A DNA stretch of 64,000 nucleotides from Basidiobolus meristosporus CBS 931.73 (lineage: Eukaryota > Fungi > Basidiobolomycota). The notes below the pieces were generated by a model. It ran no database searches and was not told where the DNA came from. It was given only the letters and a program-made list of their open reading frames with translations. The position numbers and the translations under genes are program-made. Shown here one piece after another: positions 26,034 to 38,539 of the stretch (within the stretch, counting starts at the first letter, position 1; every line of letters begins with the position of its first letter). The stretch is from the NCBI GenBank assembly GCA_002104905.1, contig MCFE01000409.1, positions 15,941-79,940 of the forward strand, given 5' to 3'.

Positions 26034-26767
26034 AGACTTGTTCCGTTGGATAGTGCAACATTGAGCCATGAGTGCCAAATGATGCCATAGTGTGCCAGAG
26101 AGGCCAGTTGAGCCTCTACCTGGCCACAGAGTGTGAAACATAGCTCCGCATCTTCATGCAAAGCAGCCCCTGTGTTTCACCCATTGTGTTGGAGAAAATC
26201 CATTTTTTGACCTTTTTTTTTGGATCAATGTTGTGCAGGATGTATTAGAGCACAAGCAGATTGAAGATATGCATCTGGTACTCAATACCCATGGCACTCT
26301 GAATCTAGCTCCTGTAGCTTGTATCATGTCACAAAAATGAATGGCACTATCTTGGTCCACTGGTTCTATCTGGCACTATATTTAAATATTAGCCCTAAAG
26401 TAAGATCTATATAAAGCACTTATAGTGCGAGATAGAACCAGTGGACCAAGATAGTGCCATTCATTTTTGTGGCATGATACAAGCTACAGGAGCTAGATTC
26501 AGAGTGCCATGGGTATTGAGTACCAGATGCATATCTTCAGTTCTCCTGTGCTCTTACACATCCTGAGCTACATTGATCCACAAAAAAAGGTTGAAAAATG
26601 GATTTTCTCCTGCGCAATGGGTGAAACAAAGGGGCTGCTTTACATGAAGATGCAGAGCTATGTTTCACACTCTGTGGCCAAGTATAGGCTCACTTGATCT
26701 CTCTGGCACACTATGGCATCAATTGGCACTCATGGCTCAATGTGGCACTATCCAAAGGAACAAGTCT
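26034..26767. mobile_element. Foldback (near-palindromic) non-autonomous element
   Basis: 347-bp arms (26034-26380 and 26421-26767) around a 40-bp AT-rich spacer. Termini AGACTTG...CAAGTCT with ACT on both flanks. Confidence 0.9.
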
Positions 26768-27346
26768 ACTGACTCAACCATTTCTCTTACTTTTTATGTG
26801 TACATATTAATTTATTTTCATTAACACTTCAGTTGTGCCTCAATTGCCAATTGCTTTGACCTACACAAGTCCCTATACCCTACACCAGCATCAAGTCAAA
26901 CCTCACCATTAACAAGTAACTCTGTTAAAATCCACCACTCAATAAGTATTTCTGCAGTAGCACTCTGTTTTCATGACTCCAGCAGGAACCCAACAGCTTT
27001 ATGCCACTGTTCATTCACTAGTTCCCACACATCCTGGCCTTCAGCTGGCACTGCAAGGTCTTGCACCTCATCTGCCAGCCTTTGCAATGAATCCTTACAA
27101 TATTTAAGTGCATTTTCTTGAGCACTGCTCTTGAACAGGTGCTGCAGCCTCTTGGTGTGCCTATTAATGTTCCAAAATTCCACTGAAAGCATTGTGATAG
27201 TCTTTAGAGTTCTTGATGTTGTAGCCCTGTCTGTCAGTAGGATCTCCACTCTGTCAAGAATGGTGAATATTGAGGCTGTGGTAGACAAATTGCCTTTTTT
27301 TTGTAAACTCATGTACCTTGCTGGAGAGTAGTTTGACTTCCTGTGC

Positions 27347-28406
27347 TGTGGTGGGGTCACAGTGACACCCACTGACAGATGTGCTCATTCACATATTTTC
27401 TACTTCCCTATATCTCTACTACACTTATTTTAGTTTTATCCCACTTGTCTTACCTGATCAGTACTATCCCATAAGCTGGTTGACTATCACATCTACTTAC
27501 CTTATTGTATAAGTTATCCCTCACTTTATGTAAGATTACTAGCTGTAAGTGCTTCTATATTAAGCAAGTACCCACGCCAGTACCTGTGACATATGATCAA
27601 CCCGTGTCACCATCCCTATCATTTTTGCACAATGTATGTTATCCGTATGTTACACAAGTTTCATAATACTAATTCCTGATTGGTTGGATGTGCTGTGCCT
27701 CTTAGAACCTTCTGGCACCTACTTAGAATACTCTTAGCTCATTCCAATGTCATCAGGATTTTTATTGATATCCGGACCTTCAGGAATACCATGATTAGTA
27801 ATTACTTAGTCAGTAAGAAGAGTATATAAAGGACACCATCCCTCAACAATAAATTATCATCCCTTTTATCAATATACCAACTTGTTGATTAGTGTGATCA
27901 CTGCTACCTGAACTTCCAACCCCAGCCCACAGGACACTCCCAGGAAACCATGCTGACAGCCAACTGACCTTAGAGGCACTACTTGTAAGGAATACTCTAA
28001 GTAGGTATCTTTTATTATATCTGATTCCTTCCCAACTTTGTTCTTGTACAGGCAAAGATACCTTTCTGTCTTTGTAACTATTGGCCACAGCTGCATTCTT
28101 ATCAAGTCCCTGCTGGTGAAGTTTACAGTTGTTTTGACTTTGGAAGCTTTAGTACATTGTCATCTCAAAGGATGCTGAACACAGCACATACTTTTGTTAA
28201 GACACCAACTAAGTTGGGGATTGTAGCTCAATAGCTTTCCCTTGACAAGCTTGTGGTTTTATTTCCCTTCACATTAGATTAGAGACAGAACCCAAGTATT
28301 CCTAGCAAGCTTTTGCCAGAGGTTATTGAACCCAGTGAATGCCCCACACAGAAAACACCTGAGTAGTGTTGGATGTATCTCTCCCTTTTACTTGTACACT
28401 ACCACA
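27347..28406 (+). repeat. Solo LTR of gypsy-type family D
   Basis: TGTGGTG...ACCACA termini, homologous to 6503-7568. Flanks GTGC and GCAC both derive from GCGC in the uninterrupted ORF2 sequence. Confidence 0.85.
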
Positions 28407-31400
28407 GCACATCCAATTCCTGTGAAAACAGCTGTTTTCTTGTTGGTAATTCTTCTTGGTTATGACGGGATTTGGTGTGTTCCAGGCTTACAGCATTAAC
28501 TGGCAAGAACTGCATTTTTCTGTACACTTTCCTGTCTCAGGCTTGGGTAGACACTTCTCCCTCTGCCTTTTCCTTTATCACAGCCAGGTCTTTCACTGTT
28601 ACTTTGTCTGGGTGCATCTTGTAATGAACTACATTTTCTCCTTGATAAATTCTGCTCTGATGCATCTGTTTTGACCTTCTTGTACCTTGCTAGCACTCTC
28701 CTGACAATGTGACCTTTTTTGACCGCTTGTTTTGAGCTCCAAGCTGTAGTTGTGACTAGCTCCTCAGAAAGCCACTGGTTTTTATCAGTGCCAGCTCATT
28801 CAATGCTACTTTGACTGAGTGCTTCCTGAGTGGTACTATGCTTTCTCCTTTGTAAATGTTGTGCTGGTGCATCTATGCCTGCCTGCTTGTCTCTTATGGG
28901 CACTCTTTCAGCTAACTGATATCTCTTTGACACTTCTTTGGAGATTTTGGCCCTGCTTTTAACAGGCTCACAAGGAAGCAGCTGTTTTCTAGCCATGGTG
29001 CCCTTGTTCTTCTGCCTTTGATAGTTTCTGCTGCTCTCAATATACTTTCTTAGTATTCCAATGCTGGCCCAAAATCTGTTTGCCCATTTGAATCCAGGAT
29101 AATGCACATGGAGCAAGTCAAGTGCATTTTGCTTGGCCTTGAGTTCCTGACAGTCCCATGGGATGCTGGCCATAAGGTGAAGGCATGCCATACTTCTGGC
29201 AGCCTCTTGAATATTAGCCTACTCTTTATTAATGCACTCAACTGCATTACAGATCTTCATGTCTATTGATCATTAGGCTTTGATATAAGCACTGCATTGT
29301 CTCCCACCCATGCTGTGGTAGGTTTTTCTGTGGGCTTTATCATTGGGCATGGCTGTTAGCTTCAAAGACTCTTTGTTGTTCCTCTGTTGTTACATTGGGA
29401 AATGGATCAATTCTTGGCTGTGACATTGAGCTACTTGAGTTCCTTCCTTACAGCACAGATACTGCTTTCTCTACCTGGGATATTGATTGCTCTGCACATA
29501 TTTTCTGCTCATACGTTTTCAGGACTAACTTCTAATTTCTCTGGGCCAGTGCATCTATCTCATTAACCACTGCACCTAATTGCTTCATTAATGCTTTGGA
29601 ATGAGCTGACAACATACTTACTAATATGGGTGGTGGTGATGTTTTTATGGCCACATGCTGGTCTTTAACTGAAGGTACTGCACTTGCCACACTCACATCT
29701 GCCTGAGCATTATGGTCTGCTTGCAGCTCCACAGAAGCTCTCAGGTGCCTACTTGACAGAAAGCCTGAGGAGTCTGCATTGTTACCTTCAGTGAGCACAC
29801 TGTTAACTTGGTCTTTTTTGGATATAGCCCTGCTTGTGGCACTGAATGTCAAAGCAAGCTGTTGTCCAGCCATTCTTCTGCTGCTGTCAGCAGTGAGGCT
29901 TGGTTGGGAATCAGACAACTTTGCTTTATTCTTTGGTGGCATACATATGGAAGTGAGTCAAGCCAAAGGGGAAATAGTGATACATACAAGTGGGTATGTG
30001 GTAACACAACTTTGTTTACAATGCTTGTGATGGAGGGTCATCATTGAATTCTACATTCATGTAGGTGCAATGTCTCAAATACAAGACTGCCTTAAATTTA
30101 TATGAGTACTGACCAAACAGTGATTTAACAGCATTACATTTTAAAAGGCCAAACTGTTTGCCCTATGGACAAGACTACTTTGACTTAACACTGGAAGAGA
30201 AGATAAAAAAGATCATATGGCTATTGTAGCAAGCCTTTCAGCTATGAAGCACACAGACAGCTTTGAAAGTATTACAAGGTCCATGGCCAGTGTTTTGCAG
30301 TACAAGTCATATTTGACCATTCATCAGCACTACTATACCAACATTATGTTGCTGACCTGTTGATACTTTTATATTGGCACCTGGCAATCTTTGTAACCTT
30401 GCACAAAAAGAGTCTGGTGAGTTTGTGATGCCTTTAGGCTCACCTCAGCCTTCTGATTATAGCATGCAGATTTATATCTCACTGATGGATTGAGAGCCTA
30501 TTTCCCCTAACAGCAGTATTATACATAAGCCCAGTCAAATCCCAATAGGTAATGTGACAACACCTATGGGAACAAGGACAAAGGGTACTTTATGGAGCCA
30601 AGTAAGCCCAGTAATCCATCTACTGGTGGATGATGTAATGTTGTGGCTAGAGAAGTAGCACTATTCCACTAATATCCATAATGGGGGCTTCAAAGATTTA
30701 CAACTACTTCTTGCCAAAATCATTCCGGGATGCAACTTACCATGTAGATGGTGCAAGTGGACAACTGCCATGTGTCTGGCATCATATGACCCGGAGACTG
30801 TCCTGATTCCAGCATGTGTTAACAGTTGCATGGCATTCACATCCAAAAATGCCACCATTGCAATGTGACCAATTTGTCCAGAATTCACCACAATTGGGGG
30901 AAAACATTGTTCACACTCCAGATATATTCTGGTAATATGCCAACCAAAGAAGATGATGCAGTTCAACAAATACTGTGAAGCTATACAGTACTGCACTCAA
31001 TGTCAATTAAGTGCAAACATATACAGAATATTTGATGGCACACATTAAAACAGCTAAGAAAATACATGTACATTATTATTACCCATGCACAAACACTAAC
31101 AACATCATCTTCCTACAAAGAGAACATACAGAAGCCAGCATGCTATTGCAGCAAAGTTGTCAAGCTATAAGACATTGGCCAGAATATGGAATCAACTGGA
31201 AAACAGAGACACTTAGATAGAGGGGATTGGTTAGAGCAAAAGCTTTCCACTAGGAGCAATGCATTTGCTTTTCACAATATCCCTATACTAGTGGCTAAGG
31301 TGTACATGAGGCATTTCAAGCTAAATGTGCCCTTCAAGATACCAGAGAAATTTGAGGGAACTGGCAAGATTTTACAAAGTATCCACTACCCTAGGTACTC

Positions 31401-34400
31401 CTCACGGGCTCCAATCATTATGCATATGCATATGCAACTATACAAATGCAAAAACTGGGTGAGCTGGCTATTTATTTATTCAAGTGGCATTGTGAAGCCA
31501 TTCCTACTAAGTGTACAGTGGAAGCACTGGGAGTTGTATGTGGACATTGTAGGAATATTTATCCTGAAGTGAAATGCCAATGCCAACTTGGCACACCTAC
31601 ATCTGTTGTGTAAGGAGTTTGTAACAGGATTTGAGCAGCAATACTACAAACATAAAGCTGAATGTGTAAATATCTGCCACTACTGTACCCACTCTCTACT
31701 CCATCTTGCTTGGTGAGTGCAGAATATTGGGCCTTGCTTCACCTTTTGGGTGTTTCCTATGGAGCAGATGCATGGAGAGACAGGAAGATAAGTCAAGTTG
31801 CAGGTACTACCATATCCCAATCTCATCAATAATATGACCTTCAAGTCCATCATTAATGAGATGAGTTGGCAGATGGAGGACAGCCAGGAGGAGCTGGAAA
31901 ATGCTGAGAACAGATGTGCACATAGAGACAACTATGCCTATGGCATTAAGAAGCTAAGTAGCCCCAATGCATGGGTAATCAGTTAAGTAATGCAAAGTTG
32001 GTTTGGGTGCAACAAGTAACTCATTTTTATTAGTAAGTCTATGCCAAAGTATGCCAGGTTTCTCTTGGTCACAAGCCAGCTTCTACACCATTCAATACAG
32101 AATTCACACAAACAAGAGCCAGAGTGCACCTATAAGGGGGACTAGAATCTAGCAAGGAGAAGGAATATATTGGTTAAATACCAATAAGCTATTTGTGGAT
32201 ATTCAGGAGGTATTTGTGGTAGAAGTGGCAACAACCAAGCATTTGTTTGCAAGATGTACATGTTACCAGCTGTACAAGGTATATAGCAGCTTTGCAAGTA
32301 TCACACTAAAAAGCTTTGGATTTGAGTGACTCTACTACAAACATAAAGCTGATTGCAGAGATCTCTGCCACAACTGTATCCATTTGCTACTTGATCTTGC
32401 TAGGTGTGTTGAGAATATTGGACCTTGCTTCACCTATTGGAAGTTTCCTTTAGAGTGGATGTGTGGGGAGATAGGAAGACAAGTTAAGTTGCAGGTACTA
32501 CCATATCCCAATCTCATCAAGAACATTACCTTCAAGTCTGTCATGGATGTGATGAGTTGGCACATGGACAACAGCCAGAAAGAGTTGGAAAATACTGAGG
32601 AAAAATGTGCACATGGAGACACCTATGCCTATGGCATTAAGAAGCTAAGCAGCCCCAATGCATGGGTAAACAGTGAAGTAATACAAAGTTGGGTTGGGGG
32701 AAACAAGCAACTAATTTTTATCAAGAAAACTCCACCAAGATATGCCAGATTTCTTGTGGTCACAAGCCAACTTCTACACCATTCAATACAGAGTTCACAC
32801 AAACAAAAGCCAGAGCGCACCTATAAGGGGGACTAGAATCCAGCACAGAGAAGGAATATATTGGCTAAATACCAAGAAGTTCTTTGCGGATATTCAGGAG
32901 GTATTCATGGCAGAAGTGGGAACAACCAAGCATATGTTTGCAAGATGTATATGCCACCAGCAGTACAAGGTATTTGGCAACTTTGCAAGTATCACACTAA
33001 AAAGTCATAAAGTTGAGGTGATAGAAGTATGTTAATTGTGGCAGGTGTGCACATTTGTAGAGGTTAGCAAGCAGGAGGCCATGGTTTTTTTTTATTTGAA
33101 CTATATGAAATACCCAGGACTGTAGTGGGTAAGCAAATAAAGAGGGGTGATTTAACAATGGAATATACAAGTCGCATGAGGGGAGGTAGAATCAGGAAAT
33201 ACCACTTGGTAAATTGGTACTGTAGGATGGCACAGAACTAGCTGTAGGCTGCAATACTGCCGTAATAATGCCATTGTAGACTTGCAATGAGGCCATCTAA
33301 ACACCTTCAGGTTTTTTGTCATATAAGGCACAGGATGTACTGGCCAGTTAGATCCACTTAAAATAATTGTAGAGCGCATTAAGACCACAATAATGTCATG
33401 CAATTATTGCTACAGCACCAATTAAACCCCACCAAGTTGTTGAACCTTACTAGGAAGTAAAATTAGCTAAATGCTGTTGCAACCCTATTATAAGATTGTG
33501 AAGAGGGTCACTAATTCCAAGCTGCTGGTTTTATGATGGTCTTCAAACTGGATCCTGATGGCTAATATGGATTGGATCCACCTGCAGGACCAAGTTATTT
33601 TTCATAGGGAATAGCCCTTGCTTCTTAGCTGTTTGTAATGTTTGCCTTGAAATATATTGTATATATTTGTGCTTAATTAGTACTGACTGTGGTACTTTAT
33701 AGCTTCACAGTACTGGTTGAACTGTGTGATCTTCTTTAGTGAGCATATTACCTGAATATATCTGGAGTGTGAATAATGTTTTCCCCCAATGGTGGTTGAT
33801 TCCAGACAATTTGGACACATTTCAATGGTGGCATTTTCTGATGTGAATGCAATGCAACTGTTAACACATGCTGGTATCAGGACAGTCTCTGGGCCATAGG
33901 TTGCCAGCTGCATCATAGTTGTCCATTTGTATAATATATAAGGTAAGTAACATACCAGCATGATTTTGGCAAGATGTAGTAGTAAATCCTCAAAGCCCAC
34001 ATTACTGCTATTAGTGGAAAAAGAGCACTTCTATAATCACAACAGCAATCCCCCACCAGTAGATGGATTACTAGGCTTACTTGACTCCATAAAGTATCCT
34101 TGGCATTTTTTTTCATGGGTGTTGTGTCATTGCATAATAGGATTTTACCAGGCTCATGCAGGGTACTGTTGTTAGGGAAGATAGGCTCACAATCCATCAG
34201 TGAGCCTACTTCTTCAGAGTTATCATTTAGTGTGCCATATACAGAATGGCTGGGGTAAATCTAAAGGCATCACACACTTGCCTGACTCAGTTTACGCAAG
34301 GTGACAAGTGCTACTAGGTGCTGTTATAGAGGTATCAAGTGGCAAGCAATATATTGTTGGTACAGTAGTGACCAGTGAATGGTCAAGTATGACTTGTGTG

Positions 34401-35255
34401 GCAAAACACTGGCTGTGATCCTTGTAATACTTCTTATACTGACTGCATGCTTCATGGCTGAGAGCCTTGCTACAATAGCCATATAGTCTTTTTTCTCTTC
34501 TCTTACAGTGTTGAGTCAAAGTAGTCTTGTCCATGGGGCAAACAGTTTGACCTTCAACAACGTAATGCTATTATATCACTATTTTGCCAAAACTCATGTG
34601 AGCTTAAGACAGTCCAGTATTTGAGACATTACACCTACATGAATGTAAGATTTAATGATGACCTGCCATAGTAAGCATTATATATAAAGTTGTGGCACCA
34701 CATACACATGTATATGTAATACTAGTTCCCCTTTGGTTTGACTCACTTCCATATATATGCCACTAAAAAATAAAGCAACGTTGTCTGGTTCTCAACCAAA
34801 CCCCACTGCTGACGGCAACAGAAGAACAGTTGGACAACAGCTTGCTTTGACATTCAGTGCAACAAGCAGGGCTACATCCAAAGAAGGCCCTGTGGACAGT
34901 GTGCTCATTGAAGGTAAGAATGCAGACACCTCAGGCTCTCAGTCAAGTAGGCAATTGAGAACCTCTGTGGTGCCACAAGCTGACCGTTATGCTCAGGCAG
35001 ATAAGAATGTAGCAAATGCAGTACACTCAGTTGAAGATCAGCAAGTGGCCATGATAACATCACCACCACCCATATTAGCAAGTATGTTGTTAGCTCATAC
35101 CAAAGCATTAATGAGGCAATTAGGTGCAGTGGTTGATAATATAGATGCAATGGCCCAGAGAAATTAGGAAATAGTCCTGAAAAAGTATGAGCAAAAAATA
35201 CATGCAGAGCAATCAATATCCCTGGTAGAGAAAGCAGCATCTGTGCTGCAAAGAA

Positions 35256-35727
35256 GACACGGTCTTGGCATAACAAGCATGTAGAATGGGCTTAGGAAGG
35301 TCCCAAGAGCTGTTGTGTTGTATTGTGATTAGTTTGGGGCTTGCTCTACAATGTAGAGGCTAACCACCAATATACAACAACTTCCAGTATGCTAATACTG
35401 AAATAGCTTATTGGAAGTTTGATATACCAATAGAAGATATAACTTTCACTAATATCCTCAATCTTAGGCTCAAATATACTATAGGCAGTGCTAATCACTT
35501 CTACAGCAGTGTTCTGACCTTCTGTTGACTAATGAGCTTATTTGCTTTTATAGTAACTCTTCCATATTTGGAAGTCACTATCATCTCTAAGAAAATATTT
35601 CCTAATATGGAAACTCTGAACTCCCCTTTAACCTAAAGGGGTGTGTTGTAGAAGTCTCTAAAGGGGTTGTTAGACCTAAAGGGGTGTCTAAAGGGGTGTC
35701 TTTAGAGTAAAGGGGCTTTTTGTAGTG
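35256..35727 (-). mobile_element. End of a second CACTA family (CACTACAAAAA terminus, AAAGGGG subterminal repeats)
   Basis: Reverse complement of 35717-35727 reads CACTACAAAAA. Five AAAGGGG copies plus one inverted copy lie in 35620-35716. The left boundary is approximate. Confidence 0.6.
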
Positions 35728-36258
35728 GTGCCATGATTGCATGACATCCCTGGTCTCCAATTATCTAGCCAAATCAAGTCTGCAAAGAAATTCCAGTTCT
35801 GTCTAGAAAGTTTTACTACATTCTGGCAACTTCTTGAGAGCTCCAAGTCAATGTTACACAATGAAACATTCTATGGAAGCTTCCCATTAGAGTTTATGTA
35901 GTCCCATGCTATATATGGTAACTACATGTCACATGACCTAGTCACATGATCAGCTGACCGATGACATATCTCCATGAGATATTCCAGTGTGTTCTTTAGT
36001 ATATTCTATCTTGGCACACTTACTGTGCCTCACCCCAGAATCCCATTAGTATTAGCCAATATCTCTCAGAATCCATATTGCCAAAGTGCACATATAGTCC
36101 TATCCCCCCTTATGTATTCCTCAGTCTGATAAACACAGGTCTTGAATAAACAGTCTTGCCTTGGAAATCCACCTTGCCTTGTTGATCCACTCCTAAGTCC
36201 TTTCCTGGTCCTGCCTTGTGTCTATTCATAATAAGTGGTTTCTAAGGTGGACTTTACA
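35728..36258 (+). repeat. LTR-like segment (gypsy-type, single copy in window)
   Basis: GTCACATGACCTAGTCACATGATC motif, AATAAA at ~36146 and a ...TTTACA end. No TSD found. Confidence 0.4.
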
Positions 36259-36368
36259 CTAGGGGGTGCCCAAAGGGGCTTCTTTAGAGTAAAGGGGTTT
36301 CTTAAAGGGGTCTTTAGACTAAAGGGGTGTCTAAAGGGGTGTCTCAAGAGTAAAGGGGCTTCTTAGTG
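36259..36368 (-). repeat. Second copy of the CACTA-2 terminal region
   Basis: Six AAAGGGG repeats ending CTTCTTAGTG (reverse complement CACTAAGAAG), paralleling 35630-35727. Confidence 0.55.
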
Positions 36369-36889
36369 GGGACTTTTCCAACAGAAAAGTGGTAGTTTCT
36401 TACAGAACTTAGATTGGATTCTTGTGAGCTTTGCAGTCTCTTTACTGATGTGTACCAATCAAAGTCAGAATACTCAACAGTACAAGGGATGTAGGGGAAG
36501 TCTTATGATCTTTAAACTTGTAATCATAGTGTGGAGATTCTGGAAAGAGAGGCTCTCCTTTGATTTTTCAGCTGGGGAAGTCATATATGTGAAAATCCAG
36601 AAGGATCAAAGTTTTTGGGCAATTGCGCAGGCAATACATGTAATACAAGACTAAAATTACGCAGTAGAGCAGATCAGACATAGGCGCAGCACCTGAGAAG
36701 AATTCATCTCATTTGATTGGCTGGTTCAAAAGTTACACGTGATCAAACTCACCATAGTAATCCTAGCAATAAGGTATAGTATATATAATAATTGGACTCT
36801 TTTGGTCATAGCTCCTTAAGTACTGCTTCAAATGAGCTGTAATTTGAAACATGTGTTGGCTAATGCGTGATCTTTACAACATAATATTC

Positions 36890-38440
36890 TTGGGTGGATT
36901 GCTTGTCAGGGTCTGGAGCATTTATCATTCAAAGTTGGAAATTCTTGATCTTTCACTGGTGTGTCCTAATAACAAAAAGCAAAAGAAAGAAATGAGTGCA
37001 ATATTGGTTTAGAGATATTGTAGTAAGGGAAGACCTTCCATTACCACAGAGCATGTGTGCAAAGCTTGGGGCTGCTTGGACAAATTTGAGAATTTTTATC
37101 TTCTGGGTACCTGATTTTTTGGTTAAAATATTCTAAGTTATTCCCAATAAGGAATCTGGTCAGTATTCTCTAAGATTTGAATAAAGTGATCTCAGCAACT
37201 AAGTAAGGTGAATATTTAGGTGGAATTACAAACTTTTACAATACTCCCACTCAACTAAATGCTCATGCTGACTAGTTCCAATTTTTTCCTAAGATATTCA
37301 ATCTTGTCTCTAGCAAAGGGTTGGGTGAGTGTGTCTGCAAATATTTTGTCTATAGGACAGTAAGCTAAGCTAACTAAGTTATTCTCTATAGCTTCTTATG
37401 TGAAGTGATGTCTAATATCTAAGTGCATAGTTTTAGCATGAAAATCAGAATCTTTACCTAAACCCTGTTCTGAACTTTTTTAAGTGAATCTTATGCAGAT
37501 ATTGGCAGCTCCTTTTAGGTATCTAAAAATATGTTTAACTGCTGCAATATGATCAGATCAATAGTTCTGATTGTGCCGGCTGACAACTCCCACTGAATAT
37601 GAGATATTCAGACTTGCTCCATGCATGCTACACATCAGATTGCTGACTATAGATTGATACAGAAACTCAGGGCTTTCAGATGATACCAAGCTCTCTTGAT
37701 TTGGTTAAGTTTTGAACAAGTTAAGATTTGTCTCCATTGGGGTTGCTACTGGTTTACAGTCTTCCATTTGGTACTTCTTTAGTATATCGTACATATATTT
37801 GGATTGGCTTATGGTAATAGTCTGGATACTTCTGTCTATGGAGAACTTGGTCCTTAAGTAGTAACTGAGTTCTCCTAGATTAGACATCTTGAACTCTTTA
37901 GATAGGCTGGATTTGTCTCTTCCAATGTTTCTAGGTTTTTAGCTGCTATAATAAGATCATCCACATATATAGCTAATAGAACTGGACTTGCTCTACCTGG
38001 CTTATAGTAAATGCTACAGTCAGCATTACTCCATTTGAATCTCAAAGCTTCTAAATAAGAATCCATATTGCAATTCCAGGCTCTTGGTGATTGTTTGAGA
38101 CCATATAGTGACTTTTTATGCTTGCCAACCAAATGGGGGTTATCTTGGTCAACAAACCCATCAGGCTAGTCCATATACACATCCTCATCAAGCCCTTCAT
38201 TCAAAATGCAGCTTTTACATCCATTTGATGAATAAAAAACTTATATTTGGCTTCAATAGCCAATATTAATCTGATGGAATTAAACTTGGCTACCGGTGCA
38301 AAGGTCTCACAATAGTCAAGTCCTTTTGTTTGAGAGTATCCTTTGGCTACAAGTCTTGCTTTGTATCTTTCAATTGTACCATCAGCCTTGTATTTTGTCT
38401 TGAAGACCCATCTGCATCTAATTGATTTTTGGTCTTCCAT
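36890..38440 (-). mobile_element. Ty1/copia family B, 3' fragment (RT, RNase H, PPT, partial LTR)
   Basis: RWVFKTKYKADGTIERYKARLVAKGY and LYGLKQSPRAW motifs. PPT GAGTGGGAG next to the LTR start at 37243; the distal half of the LTR is diverged. Confidence 0.8.
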
Positions 38441-38539
38441 TTGATGCCTCTTTAGTGTATCTTAAATATACATGAACTGACTTGAGTGATAGTCTGGGTA
38501 CATCTGACTATGAAGAACCTTATCCCTAAGTTGTAACTG

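Larger units (their letters stand above)
25743..33609. mobile_element. Inverted CMC/EnSpm copy retaining both TIRs, with internal insertions, a transposase deletion and a duplicated 3' segment
   Basis: CCCTATAAGAAATTATT at 25743 and TTATTTTTCATAGGG ending at 33609, with AAT on both flanks. ORF2 minus at 26971-29942, transposase plus at 30150-33100. Confidence 0.8.
23261..35256. mobile_element. CMC/EnSpm copy (left TIR at 23261) interrupted by a solo copia LTR and by a nested CMC copy; right part truncated
   Basis: CCCTATGAAAAGTAGTTTGGTCC at 23261. Transposase minus at 23700-25740, resuming at 33610-34550, then ORF2 start at 34757 (MPLKNKATLSGSQPNP). Confidence 0.75.

Noticed and set aside
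35620-36368. Regularly recurring AAAGGGG/CTAAAGGGGTGT units resembling a CRISPR or telomeric array
   Set aside because: The units are short, irregularly spaced, lack unique spacers and end in CACTA-type termini in a eukaryotic context, so they are transposon subterminal repeats.
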